Shown here: in pieces, positions 22,636 to 33,978 of the stretch
Layout of the letters: the number at the start of each line of letters is the position of its first letter
Position numbering within the stretch: position 1 is the first letter of the stretch
Assembly (NCBI GenBank): GCA_004764695.1
Contig: SMSO01000031.1
Coordinates: 3,138,436-3,202,435, forward strand
Source: Schizochytrium sp. TIO01
Lineage: Eukaryota > Protista > Bigyra: Labyrinthulomycetes
Direction of reading: 5' to 3'
DNA: 64,000 nucleotides
Translations under genes and position numbers: made by a program
The notes under the pieces: model-generated
Databases searched by the model: none
The model's input: the letters and a program-made list of their open reading frames with translations, nothing else
What the model was told of the DNA's origin: nothing

Positions 22636-23802
22636 ATGGCCACCCAAGCCCTCGACGTTGACACGATGCAGCAGCGCCTCGACGAGGTCACGCTTGAGAG
22701 CCCGAACCCGGCTGCTGGCAGCCCCGCTAACAGCAACGAGCGAGATGCTGGTGAGGCAAAGGAGCAGGTCCCTCTTGAGAAGGGTGGCATGCCTGTGAGT
22801 GAGATGAAGAAGCTCGAGCTCGCCGGCAAGCTCCCCGTTGAGCCCATGCTCCGTGACAACCCGGACCGCTTCGTGCTTTTCCCCATTCAGCACCAGGACA
22901 TCTGGGATGCCTACAAGCGTGCTGAGGCCTCCTTCTGGACCGCCGAGGAGATCGATCTTGGCCAGGACCAGCGCGACTTTGACTCCATGACCTCTGGCGA
23001 GCAGCACTTTGTCAAGCACGTGCTCGCCTTTTTTGCCTCCTCTGACGGTATTGTGCTCGAGAACGTTGTGGAGAACTTTTGCTCTGAGGTCAGCTTCCCT
23101 GAGGCTCGCTGCTTTTACGGCTTCCAGATGGCTATTGAGAACATCCACTCCGAGGTGTACTCCCTCCTCATCGACACTTACATTAAGGATGCCCGTGAGA
23201 AGGCTGGCCTCTTCAACGCCCTTGAGACCCTTCCCTGCGTCCGCCAGAAGGCTCAGTGGGCCATGCGTTACATGGACCCGAGCATTTGCACCTTTGCCGA
23301 GCGCCTCGTGGGTTTTGCCGCCGTTGAGGGTATCTTCTTCTCCGGTTCCTTCTGCGCCATCTTCTGGCTTAAGAAGCGTGGTCTTATGCCCGGCCTTACC
23401 TTCTCCAACGAGCTCATCAGCCGTGACGAGGGTATGCACACCGAGTTTGCCTGCCTGCTCTTCCGCAAGCTCCACAACCCGCCTACCGAGGCGCGTGTGG
23501 CCGAGATCATCCGCTCTGCCGTCGAAATTGAATGCGAGTTTGTCTCCTCTGCCCTCCCTGTTGAGCTCATTGGCATGAACTCTAAGCTTATGCAGCAGTA
23601 CATCAAGTTTGTGGCTGACCGTCTGGTCAAGTCCCTCGGCTTCAAGGCTCTCTACAACGTATCCAACCCGTTCGACTGGATGGACCTCATCTCTATGCAG
23701 GGTAAGACCAACTTCTTCGAGAAGCGCGTCGGTGAGTACGCTCTCGCTGGTGTTGGTTCGAGCAAGTCTGAGCAGAAGTTCTCCCTTGACGAGGACTTCT
23801 AA
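22636..23802 (+). CDS. RRM2: Ribonucleoside-diphosphate reductase small subunit (class Ia R2)
   Basis: 388 aa. [34 protein letters not shown] (radical Tyr), [30 protein letters not shown]-terminal FSLDEDF. Strong C/T-ending codon bias. Confidence 0.98.
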   Translation: MATQALDVDTMQQRLDEVTLESPNPAAGSPANSNERDAGEAKEQVPLEKGGMPVSEMKKLELAGKLPVEPMLRDNPDRFVLFPIQHQDIWDAYKRAEASFWTAEEIDLGQDQRDFDSMTSGEQHFVKHVLAFFASSDGIVLENVVENFCSEVSFPEARCFYGFQMAIENIHSEVYSLLIDTYIKDAREKAGLFNALETLPCVRQKAQWAMRYMDPSICTFAERLVGFAAVEGIFFSGSFCAIFWLKKRGLMPGLTFSNELISRDEGMHTEFACLLFRKLHNPPTEARVAEIIRSAVEIECEFVSSALPVELIGMNSKLMQQYIKFVADRLVKSLGFKALYNVSNPFDWMDLISMQGKTNFFEKRVGEYALAGVGSSKSEQKFSLDEDF

Positions 23803-24917
23803 GTAGTTCCTTAGTCTGACAGACAGGCAACGCTAGGCCAATTGAGCCTCATTTCCGTAAGAGTGTGGCTCATGGATTGCCTCTTAGTGCAAATTCGCAT
23901 GCTCTGCTTTTGACTTGCTCCTCTTTTCTGATTGTTATGTGGCTGGCCTTCTTTCTATTGCCACTAATTATGAAGCATGGATAGCGCCTCCTTGACACCG
24001 TCGAGCACAACACAGTTACAAACTTGTTTGTGATGGTTTAGTTTCACCACTGCTACTCGTTATTCGATAGAGTGGCGCCAAAAGAGGACAGGAGTAAAGA
24101 TGCGATGCGCACGCCTTTCCAAAACTTGTTTACATACTCACGCTACCCTGCGTCTCCTATCATTTCTCTTTACATAACCGCAGTGCATCATTATTATGCC
24201 TCTCCTTTCTTTCGTAGGCATTGCGGTGATGAATAGAAATGTAGTATAGAACGCACTAATTTCATCCTTAAAACACTACTCGCTTTTGTGAATTGGAGTC
24301 ATCCAAATGCACTTTGGAGATTATGAGATTTCTGAATCCTTACTCCAAAGTATAAACAGCACGCATTTGGTAAAATTCAATCAAACCCAATCTCAATGGG
24401 CATTTGCACAGATTAACCAAACAAAACACATAGAACCTATATTCATTTTTTCTCTCCTTTGAAGTATATTTGAGCAGCTTTGCTTACCTTTTAGTATCAT
24501 CCTCTGTCCCCAAAGACCGGTCCCCAACTACGCGATTTTCCTCGATGAAAAGTTGCGTTGCCTGTATTTTTGCCTGTATCCCTTTGTAAACTCCAGATGC
24601 GACGCACAACATGGTATATTAAAAAAAAAAAAAAATTGAGACAGAATTGTTATGTAGAGATAATTTCATTAATTCTCGCAAAGACGTACACATACAAAAT
24701 TTAAAGTTGATAGTCTTCGCAAGAGCTTGGGTTCACTTTGCTCGATGTTTGCAGGCGAGCCCTCTCGCTTGTTTGTACAGTCGTTCGCATCTGTAATTCC
24801 TTTCATTGCAAATTCTGGCAAGATGTTTGGGGCGATCCTCCGCAAACTTTCACATAATATCACTTTACCTAACTCTTGAGTAGTAGCAAATGACTATTTC
24901 AAATGGTGAGCTTTTCT

Positions 24918-26342
24918 TTAAATAAATTGGGTTAAAGCTATGCCAAACGCGGATATGCTAGTCAATGGCTGCTGGAAATCAAGCGTAAATCTGTTTGAAG
25001 AAATCTTTCCGAATTGCATGAAGAGTGTCTCCTGCAAACTTGAACCGTTGGAAGTGGGCCCTGTTCGTTCAACTAGTTGAAAGTTTTTTGAAGAAGCATG
25101 CTTGACCCGTCCATGGAAATTAAGGCGATATTGACCCTGATGATACGTTGGAGAGCGATTAACGAGCATTGTGACTTTGTTAGATGAAAATTGTATGTCT
25201 TCTTTGCGATCTAATAGATGTTTCGCATGCTTCCGCAATTGGTTTGAGAGACGTCGTGCAACTTTCCTCGTTTTTTGCATACGTTGAGCGCACTGAATTT
25301 TACTATTGTTGGTGTCAATATTGACGAAAGCAACACCACTAACATCTTTATCGTAGTCCGGCTCTTCTGTTGCGTAGAGGCTTCCTGGACTCTGAGCAGA
25401 GTTTCCTTCAGAAGATGAGGAGTGCTGATCCTGATTTGCTGATACTGTTTGAAGGGTGTGAGGCGATTTATAGAGGCTTACCATTATACTTCGAGGAGTC
25501 ATACCTTCTCCGAGCCGTTTGACTAGGGCTGTGCGCTCAAACTGAACTGCCAGAGCCTGGCCGAAGCAGTCATAGATAAAGAAGCTCCCTGAAGCCGCGA
25601 GCTCAACATTGGCCACATTCTCTCGGGCTACATCAATTAAAGCTTTTGATTTGGGACAGTATTCTTTACTTACATCGTAGATGCGTAGTCTATCTTTTCG
25701 GCGGTCACGTTTTGCAATCAACAAAAGCTCGAATTTTGTGAGACGACTACGAAGAGATATGTCATTTTGAGAAGCTGTGTCTAAATCAAACTTTTTACAG
25801 AGTCTACTTTTGTCGTGATCATCTTCCTCACGGCGTTCAGGGTCGGCCTCGGTCTCTAAAAAGAAAAAGAAAAATTCTCGTCCGGATACGCGATGCATAA
25901 AACTTCGTTCTCGCACGACCACACATCGAGTAAGGGGACTGAACTCACTAGTATTGCGGTGGAGAGCTGACTCTACCTCGATGTTTGACTCAATATCTCC
26001 TGCTGGAAAACTAAAGACACTTTCAGCTTTGTCATAAGAAAGTGAATGGTGTTCTGGTGAGGCTGGAATCTCCAAGTTGTAGTCCTGTGCATTGTCAGAT
26101 TCTGGCTCAGTCTCTAAAGTGTGTTCCTCCTGATCATTCGCAAAATCATCTTCAAGATCAAGAAAGTCTAAGGTCTCTGTAGTGCTGCCTTGGAAAGCGC
26201 TCCCTATCTCTGATCGAAAGGTTCTCACATTTAAAGACGAGTGCAAGGTAGATATTGACTCCTCTGTCTCTGGCAGTTCAAGAGTTTCAACTTCAACCTC
26301 ATCGTCTGATGGAGAAAACAACAACCTCGGTGTTTTAGCCAT
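24918..26342 (-). CDS. Tubby-like (TULP) domain protein
   Basis: 474 aa. C-terminal tubby signature LVNRSP...YRLNFHGRVKHASSKNFQLV...QFGKISSNRFTLDFQQPLTSISAFGIAL. Acidic disordered N-terminus. Confidence 0.9.
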   Translation of the reverse strand: MAKTPRLLFSPSDDEVEVETLELPETEESISTLHSSLNVRTFRSEIGSAFQGSTTETLDFLDLEDDFANDQEEHTLETEPESDNAQDYNLEIPASPEHHSLSYDKAESVFSFPAGDIESNIEVESALHRNTSEFSPLTRCVVVRERSFMHRVSGREFFFFFLETEADPERREEDDHDKSRLCKKFDLDTASQNDISLRSRLTKFELLLIAKRDRRKDRLRIYDVSKEYCPKSKALIDVARENVANVELAASGSFFIYDCFGQALAVQFERTALVKRLGEGMTPRSIMVSLYKSPHTLQTVSANQDQHSSSSEGNSAQSPGSLYATEEPDYDKDVSGVAFVNIDTNNSKIQCAQRMQKTRKVARRLSNQLRKHAKHLLDRKEDIQFSSNKVTMLVNRSPTYHQGQYRLNFHGRVKHASSKNFQLVERTGPTSNGSSLQETLFMQFGKISSNRFTLDFQQPLTSISAFGIALTQFI

Positions 26343-27896
26343 CTTTGTGAGCCTTTGGAGGACAGATCGACAATGGAGAAATTTAAACCGCTATTCCCCC
26401 AATTCTCTCTTCTACAAACGTTACCTTCAGAGGTTACGCCGCATGAAACCTCAAAGTGATAAAGTAGCCACAAGCTTGCACCTGTGCCCCTTCGAATATC
26501 GATTTGCAGACTTGTCTAGGAGCTTTTTGTTTTTGATCTTTGTATTCTAGCAGTGTGCACGGCCCTCGCTGATCACCTTGCTTTCAAAGAGAGACTGACT
26601 CGAGCCAGCTAAATATATTTACGGACTATATTCCCTTTTCTCGATATGGCGTAATCTTCTTATGCCTGCGCAATTGGTAACAATGGTACTTTAAAAAAAG
26701 TAAACGAACTCGAAGGCAAAGCAAGCAGAGTGTGGTGTTCTGTAGACACGTTCTGAGCGTACCTTCGTTTCAAAAAGAGGCTAAGGCTTTCTTGTCCATT
26801 AAGTGTTTACACAAGTTACAAAAAACGACAACCACTTATTGAACGAATTTAATTCTAGTCTGAAAATATCCATTCACATTGAGATTCTCGTGCACGTTTC
26901 AAACGCCTACATCCGGCTTGTGCCCTCTTCCTTTTGAGCAAGCGATCTTAAATCTCCCTCATAGATCCGGTAATGTCATTATAGCCGCTTTCATGTGCAC
27001 TTTACACCGTATAATCGTTAGTCCTGCAGCAAATATCTTCTTTGGCCTTCCCCACCTAATAATGTCCCGAAGGTTCATAGTTTACTCGAAAATACGCAGT
27101 ACGTATGTGCTTAAGTCTCTTGTTGTCTTCCAGCGAACTAGTTTCATTGAATAGTTGTTTTTCTTGCTGGAGAATTTTCGAGCACTGCACGATATTTTTC
27201 AGTGTTCGATTCAATCAAAGGTAAATATAAGTTTAGGACTAAACATGTAGTAGGTACCTAGGCACTACTACTTGCGATGAAAACACTTTCTTCATCTTAG
27301 CTTGAGTCGTATTTTCACTTGTTTTCCTTCCTTTCTAGGACAAATAGTGTACCTAGAAAACGTAATTGAGCTTCCGCAATCACAACAACTCTAAGTCAGG
27401 ACCTAGAACAGCTTCGTCGAAAGACCAAGATAAATGTTGTCCCGCAGCCACAAATGTTCATTTTTATGCTTAAATTCTGGTAAGCGCTAAGAATGTACCC
27501 TAAACATTATCACAATGTCCCTCCGAACTAACAAAATTTCCACCCAAGACCCAAGAGTCCTAACAAAGAACCAGATATATCTCCCCAGCCCCAGTGCTGC
27601 ATATGCTCCGACACACATTGGAGACGTAGGTCGCAGCCGTCAATCAAATTTTTGAGTGAACTGACTGAGAATGTACAACAGCAATAAGGTGTGTACCACA
27701 TCAGTCTCAACGAGCAAAACTGGTCTAAAACGATGAGATTATTTAGGCCCTTTTATAGAGTCAAGGTGGGATTGTCTGCTTGCTATGGCTCTGTCCTTGG
27801 CTCTTACTCTTCTAGGATACCGATCGCGAGGCAGTTTAGAGTCGAGAACAATTGCGAGTTAGCTTGGAAAGTGCTCGTCAATAATTTTCGTCGGCG

Positions 27897-30848
27897 ATGC
27901 TAGGCCGTTTTTTCTCGTCTGCAACATCGCAGTCGTCAGCGGCAGGCAACGATGGCAGCAAACGACAGTGGTGGGCAAAACGATATCACGCGAAGGTACA
28001 ACCGTGCGCGTCGGGAGACGTGGAGTTTCTCTTCAGGGTACATGAAGCGTATGATTCCCGTGCATCAAATCCATCTAACAGCTCGGGTAGCTCGGGAAAC
28101 AAGATATCATCTGGATTTGGAGCCTTGAACTCTTCTTCGTATTCTTCGTCGTCGACGGCTTCAAGTGCAGGCACTGCAGGATCAAGTTCTGGAGTGGGAG
28201 ATGCTGCATGCTCAATATTTGTGTGCAACAAAGCTGTACTTGCAAAGTTGATTCCGGATGCTCGTGCACGAGAGGAAACACTACAAGCTTTGAGGGATGG
28301 GATCAAGGCTTTAGCAAGTGTGCGCCATCCACACATCCTCTTAGTCAAGGAGGTGTTACCGGAGACTCGCTCAGCATTAGCATTTGTGACAGAACCCATC
28401 TTTTTGTCTCTAGCAAATGCTCGCAAGGAGTTCGTGGGCTTAGACAACAGCGATATTACCGAGGAGATGCGAAACTACTCGGCCACCAAGTTTGAGCTTG
28501 CGTGTGGATTGTTGCACCTTGGGCGCGCATTAGATTTTTTACACAATAATGGAATGGTTCATGGAAATGTGAGTCCTCAAACAATATTTATCACACCTGC
28601 AGGACAATGGAAGTTGGGGGGATTTAGTTTTATGCAGAAATCAACTTCAGCGGCCGGTGTGCGATTTACTTGTGATCGTCTGCGAGACATGATGCCACAG
28701 GAAATCGTTCCTCGATTCCCCCCGCCTCCATCTTTATACCACTGTGCACCAGAGATGATGCAACCTCCTCATGTATATAATGAAAAGGCAGACTTGTGGG
28801 CCCTGGGCGCACTTGCCTTTGAAATGTATCTGGACAGTCCTATTGTTGCAACAGGTGGTTCTGAAGCTCGTGAACGGAGGCGCTTAAGCGATTGGCACGC
28901 CGCTGCATGCCAAGCAAGCGATTCTGTAAGTGGCACCATGCCCACTGATTCGGAGAAAATTCCGCATTTGCTCAGACCTACGTTGGTTCGAACGCTGCAG
29001 GTTAATGTGCATCAGCGACCCAGCGCCCGCGAGTTTATCGATAGTGCTTATTTTCATCAGGACGGACCGATGCGTACAATGATTCGTGTTGAGGGGCTCC
29101 TTGAGCTCGCAGATCCACAGCTTCAGTCACAGGAACTTACCGCGCTTCAGGTGCCTATCGTGGAGCTACCATCTCGTCTCCAAAGGGAAATGGTCCTGCC
29201 TATAATCGCTCAACTTTCACGCGCTCCGGACCTGGCACCGTATTGCTTTCCCCTTATGCTTGCGATTGCACGGAAACTTTCACAAGATGAATTTCGACAA
29301 TGTTTGTCAGCAGACTTGGGAGCTATGATGAAGCCTGACAGTAAGATTCTTACTGGGCAAATGCGGCTGCAAATTGCTCGGCATCTCTCGGCTCTTGTAA
29401 ATGTAGGCGACTCGAGTTTTGTAGAGTCGCATGTACTTGGTGCTTTGGGGTATTCTTTGGAGTGGACCAATCCTCAAGTGGTCACAGCAGCGCTGAAGGA
29501 GCTTGTACCTGCAGTGACAGGGCTTCGTGTTCATTTGCCGATCCGTCGAGTCGAGACGGTTGTAACTTCTGCACTTGGGCGATTAGAAAAGTGCGCCGGT
29601 CAAAAAGAACAGCACTCGTCAGTGCGTGTTCACGGGCTAGTTGCGTTGTCTGGTTTATTGGAGAACGATGTAATCTCGCATGAGATGCTTGCTTCAAGCG
29701 TATTTCCATTAGTACAAACATGCATTAAGGTTGATCGCTCAGCTGGTGTGATTATGGCCGCAACGGGCGTCTTAGAACTTTGTGCGAAAGTAGCCCACGC
29801 AGTACAGCTGGGATGCAATATCCTTCCAATGCTATCATCACTTTCTTGTGAAGCATCGTTGAATGTGTCTCAATTTAATCTCGTGGCGCAGGCGTGTACG
29901 ACCGTCCTTGGTGAGTTGCGCCAGCAGCGTCTCAAAGAACTAGGAGGAGCATCAGCGAACACAACAGGTGACGTGACGAGTGCAGCCTCTAGTGGTGGTT
30001 ACGAAAATCCTACTACTAGTTACACTATAGCTAATGGAGGACTTGGAGGAGGAGGAGGAACTGAGGCCGTGAATGGTGCTATGGGTGGGATGTCACTTTC
30101 TTCCTCCTCTTCGACACAGCATTTGCAACGAGGAGGAGGTCCACCTGCATTGCCGCACGCAAGCTCTATTATGCCGTCGCCAGGATCCTCAGCTGTAAGC
30201 ACGTCCGCTCAGGACGACTTTAGCTTTGGCAACTTCTCAAACTCACAAGTACCTGTCGCACCTGCAGGTGCAAGCTCTTTCTTTACAGCTTCTGCTCCAA
30301 GCACCTTCAACACTACGAGTGAAGGTAAGCCCCCTTTTCAGGCTCAGCCCCGGGTTGCGCAAAGTCAGCAGCAGATCTCGCTGCCTTTGCAGCCTACACG
30401 ACAGGCAGGACCTGCATACGGTGCAAGCACTTTACGCAACAGTTCTTCTTCTTCTAGTTCATCGTCTTCATCATCGTCTTCTCAAAGTGCTAGCGCTGCT
30501 ATGCTGCGTCCGGTGCCGTCTTCTTCCATCGCTCTAGGTGCTCAGAGCTCGATCTCGCAGCAATTCAATTCCGGGTACTCTAATCTGGCTCGTCACTCAT
30601 CGTCCTCAAGCTCTCAAGCGCCTTTGGTGGGTCTCGGCGCAGGTATGCCCGGTATGCCGTCATCTTCAAGCTCGTCCATGTCCGGTCCTTCGCAAGATCC
30701 ATTCGCGGCACTTTCCTCCTCAGCATCGGCGCCACAATCGTCTCGCGAGTCCCACGTACCGCCTCGTTGGGACACCACTATTAAGAAGGCCCCGAGAAAC
30801 GCTGGCAGGAGAGGGAAACACGATGAGGAAGAAGACTTGCTCTCATAA
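27897..30848 (+). CDS. SCYL2: SCY1-like pseudokinase (SCYL2/CVAK104 type) with HEAT repeats and Ser-rich tail
   Basis: 983 aa. LASVRHPHIL, LAFVTEPI, FLHNNGMVHGNVSP (HRD to HGN), WKLGGFSF (no DFG), helical repeats, low-complexity tail with DPF and terminal DLL motifs. Confidence 0.85.
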   Translation: MLGRFFSSATSQSSAAGNDGSKRQWWAKRYHAKVQPCASGDVEFLFRVHEAYDSRASNPSNSSGSSGNKISSGFGALNSSSYSSSSTASSAGTAGSSSGVGDAACSIFVCNKAVLAKLIPDARAREETLQALRDGIKALASVRHPHILLVKEVLPETRSALAFVTEPIFLSLANARKEFVGLDNSDITEEMRNYSATKFELACGLLHLGRALDFLHNNGMVHGNVSPQTIFITPAGQWKLGGFSFMQKSTSAAGVRFTCDRLRDMMPQEIVPRFPPPPSLYHCAPEMMQPPHVYNEKADLWALGALAFEMYLDSPIVATGGSEARERRRLSDWHAAACQASDSVSGTMPTDSEKIPHLLRPTLVRTLQVNVHQRPSAREFIDSAYFHQDGPMRTMIRVEGLLELADPQLQSQELTALQVPIVELPSRLQREMVLPIIAQLSRAPDLAPYCFPLMLAIARKLSQDEFRQCLSADLGAMMKPDSKILTGQMRLQIARHLSALVNVGDSSFVESHVLGALGYSLEWTNPQVVTAALKELVPAVTGLRVHLPIRRVETVVTSALGRLEKCAGQKEQHSSVRVHGLVALSGLLENDVISHEMLASSVFPLVQTCIKVDRSAGVIMAATGVLELCAKVAHAVQLGCNILPMLSSLSCEASLNVSQFNLVAQACTTVLGELRQQRLKELGGASANTTGDVTSAASSGGYENPTTSYTIANGGLGGGGGTEAVNGAMGGMSLSSSSSTQHLQRGGGPPALPHASSIMPSPGSSAVSTSAQDDFSFGNFSNSQVPVAPAGASSFFTASAPSTFNTTSEGKPPFQAQPRVAQSQQQISLPLQPTRQAGPAYGASTLRNSSSSSSSSSSSSSSQSASAAMLRPVPSSSIALGAQSSISQQFNSGYSNLARHSSSSSSQAPLVGLGAGMPGMPSSSSSSMSGPSQDPFAALSSSASAPQSSRESHVPPRWDTTIKKAPRNAGRRGKHDEEEDLLS

Positions 30849-33482
30849 TCGAGCCGCCACTCAGAACCACTGGCAGAGCAGGCAGTGCAGGTGTAGTGCT
30901 CACACATTTCCCCAAAATTTGATCAAGACCCGAGTCGCACTCGCTTGCACGAGGCTCGCTCCCGTCAAGGCCTGCGAGAAATCTGCTTTCATCCCTTCAA
31001 TCACCTCGCAATGCAGGGCTTGCTTCGGCGCACCGCCACCATTCCCTGGCGATCTGCATGTGGCGGTGGCACCGTTTTTGTGCTGCGCTGCCAACCATTC
31101 TTTGTTTTGCTATCCGGAAGGGTTGTCGAAGAGCCCTCTTTGATCATTAGTCAGTCGTGGGTTAGGTGTACTTGTGCGTGTGCGTGTGTATGTGTGCGAC
31201 GATGCTCTTTCTTAAAACTAGTAAAAAAGGTTCGGGCTGTTTACTTGCTTCTGTGAAGGAGGGATGCGAAGAAGATGGCCTCCCTCCCTCCTCTGCCAGC
31301 ACGTCGTGGTTTCCTCGGGAGAAGAATTGCTTCCGGGTCCTTTGCGATTTGTGAACGAGGCGAAACCCACCAGAGCTGGCGCCTCGTTGGCGCTTGCCGC
31401 ACTGGGCAAACTCAGAAGAAACCGCCACAATGGCTGGTGGTGGTGGCCTTGGCATAGAGGTGGAGGCACGCATCGAGTTCTGACACATACACCGCGGCTC
31501 GAAGCTTAATTATGCAGTCTCAACGCAGAGAGAACCATCTCTTCCGGTTCTCTTTCGAAAAAAAGAAAAGAAAAAAGAACAACTAATAAAATTGGGTTTG
31601 ACAGATAGATGGAGATGAAAAGGTAAATAAATACTAGTAGCAGCTCTTTTTTTTTATTTCTTTTTTTTAAAATAGAATAAAAAATGAGTGAAAACTGCCT
31701 GCCATGCTCTAGAAGGTGAAAAACTCGATCTTAAGTTCCGCTCTTGTTTCAATACCTTTCTTTCTCGCCCTTTCTTCCTTCTTTTGATTCCAGCTCCACG
31801 TTTCTCTTTACTCACCATCCAGGTATCTACTTTGTTTCAGACTTGATCGACGTGATGATAGGTTGACATTATCTCCTTAGTTCCACAAACAACAAAAGGT
31901 TTATGCTTTTAATTAACATTTTATTTATAAACTATATTTTTATTAAAATATAATAATTTTTTTAAAATTATAAGTGCATCACTGAAAAGCAATACAGCTA
32001 GCACTATCTCTACCAGGATAGAAAGCGCCACAGACTAGACGATAAGAAGAAAAAAAGTTGCCTAAAACTTCCCCTCAACGCGCCAGTGGAGACATTATGG
32101 CTAGGTCCCCAGTCAGATCCATCTCCAAGCCTCCTCTTCTTTGGTTCACGCCCAGCCACCCATCAGAGCAAGCAAACTCTGGAGTCAGGCGCTCAGCGGG
32201 TTTCTGCCGCGAGATCTCTTTCTTTCTGCAGCTGCTTTGCGGTGCCCTGGGCAGGCCTGGCCAGCTTGCTCGCTTACCTCCCAGAAGATCTCCTGCGCGC
32301 GGGCGCTTCCGTGGCTCGCCGCGAGACCACGCGAGCGGGTTCTTCCTTGGGAGACCACTCTGAGCCGCCCCCGCCCTCTAGGACTCCGCTATGCTCGCTA
32401 GGACTCCGCGAAGGAGGGTCCTTAGGAGTTCCCTGAGGACAGCTACTGCGGACTGAGTGGGTGAGTCCCTTGCTCGTTCCATTCACGCGCTCGCATATAA
32501 ATACACATAGTTAGCTCGATGGCGCGCCTGAAACCCTCTGCCGCCTCAGAGAGCTTCGAGCCGTGCTTGAGTGGCTGAAGCGCGGCTTGCCTGTCCAAGG
32601 TGCCGACGGTGGTCCATCAGAGCGTCGCGTCGCTGGGTTTGCATTTACGTTGTTAGAAGTTCGCGATCTCAGGGCGAGTTTCTGGAGAATAGGCATCAAT
32701 CAGCTTTCATAACGAAGCTGCTGCTACTGCGTACGTTCGAACGAATCAATAGCGTGAAAGAAGGGAACTGATAAGAACCGGTTGGAGCACACGCGGCGCC
32801 GGCTCAATGGCTCCCGGCGAGCGCGGGTCTGGCCAAAAGCATCTCGACGCTTGCACAACGCCGTCCTGTGTACGCACACTCACGCGTGCACTCGCTGGCG
32901 CGGCTGTAGTCATGGCGCGACTGGGACTCTTGACTCGAGCGTCTATCTGGCCATGTGTTTTCATTCTCTAAATCAGCGACTAGCTAGCCCATCCATCGTT
33001 CAAGATCGCCTCGCCTCGCCTCGCGACTGACTGACTGACTGACACCTCATCTTCTGTGGTGCCGCGGCAGCGACGGACGCCTGTGCGTGCGTGCATCCGC
33101 CCTCACTCTGCCAGATGATCGCGGGCATGAATGAGTTCGCCGGTTCGCAAGTAAGCCAGCAAGAACGAATGCATCGATGGATGGCTTCATGGACTCCGGC
33201 CTTTGCAAGTCCGGCGACATCCCACGTCTCTCCACTCGAGAAATCCATCGAAGGTCCATGCTGCGAGCTTCTCCAGAGGGCCGCGGGTACGGCCATCGCG
33301 CTGGAGAAGAGAACGCGTGGCCATTGAGACGCTAGGTTCCTCCAAGATCCACCTCGCAATCTGAGTTCTGACAGTCCTTCGATAGGTTTTTCTTCGTTGC
33401 TGTCTTCTCCTTCGAAGAGGAGTGAGCGAGGGAGACCATCGTAATCGCGAGATTTGCTCGGCACGTGGAAAAACGCGCGAGA

Positions 33483-33531
33483 ACGAAAGCAAGCACGAAA
33501 GCAAGCACGAAAGCAAGCACGTAGCAAGCAC
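33483..33531. repeat. 12-bp minisatellite (ACGAAAGCAAGC)x3 plus a degenerate copy
   Basis: Read directly from sequence. Confidence 0.85.
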
Positions 33532-33949
33532 TCGCCTCGAGCAGCTTGAGACTGAGGAGCTGCCGCTTCAGACCCGGTCTTCGCGGCTGCTGATTGGCCG
33601 GAAGGACCCGAGGAGGTGGGCTGATTCCAGGAAGGCGGCATTGTGACGACCGAACTGAGCAGAAGAACTTGAAGCATCTCGATCAGTACCTGATCGGTAC
33701 CTACCTCCATCTCCTTCACGGCTCAAACAAACGAAAGCTTGTCTAAAAAACGACACATACTGCACTCCCAGTTTGGTGATCGTGAGGAGCGCGGTGATAA
33801 CTTAGTCGTTCGGGTTCCAGTGCAGCGATCAGCGATCATCGAGTTCGTCCAAAGTCCACTTCGAGCTCAACTTCGTGCGAGTGGAAAGTTTACAAAGCAT
33901 TGGTTTCTAAGTTTCGAGCTCATGTGCTCTCTCTCCAAGAGGAAGGGAG

Positions 33950-33978
33950 GAACGAACGAACGAACGAACGAACGAACG
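33950..33978. repeat. (GAAC)7 microsatellite
   Basis: Read directly from sequence. Confidence 0.9.

Noticed and set aside
22549-23475. 308-aa antisense ORF over RNR2
   Set aside because: Mirror-frame artefact of strong codon bias (few TTA/CTA/TCA codons on the sense strand).
33000-33719. 239-aa minus-strand ORF
   Set aside because: Non-ATG start, runs through a minisatellite (RACFRACF) and a microsatellite, no recognisable domain; TpA-poor DNA yields such ORFs.
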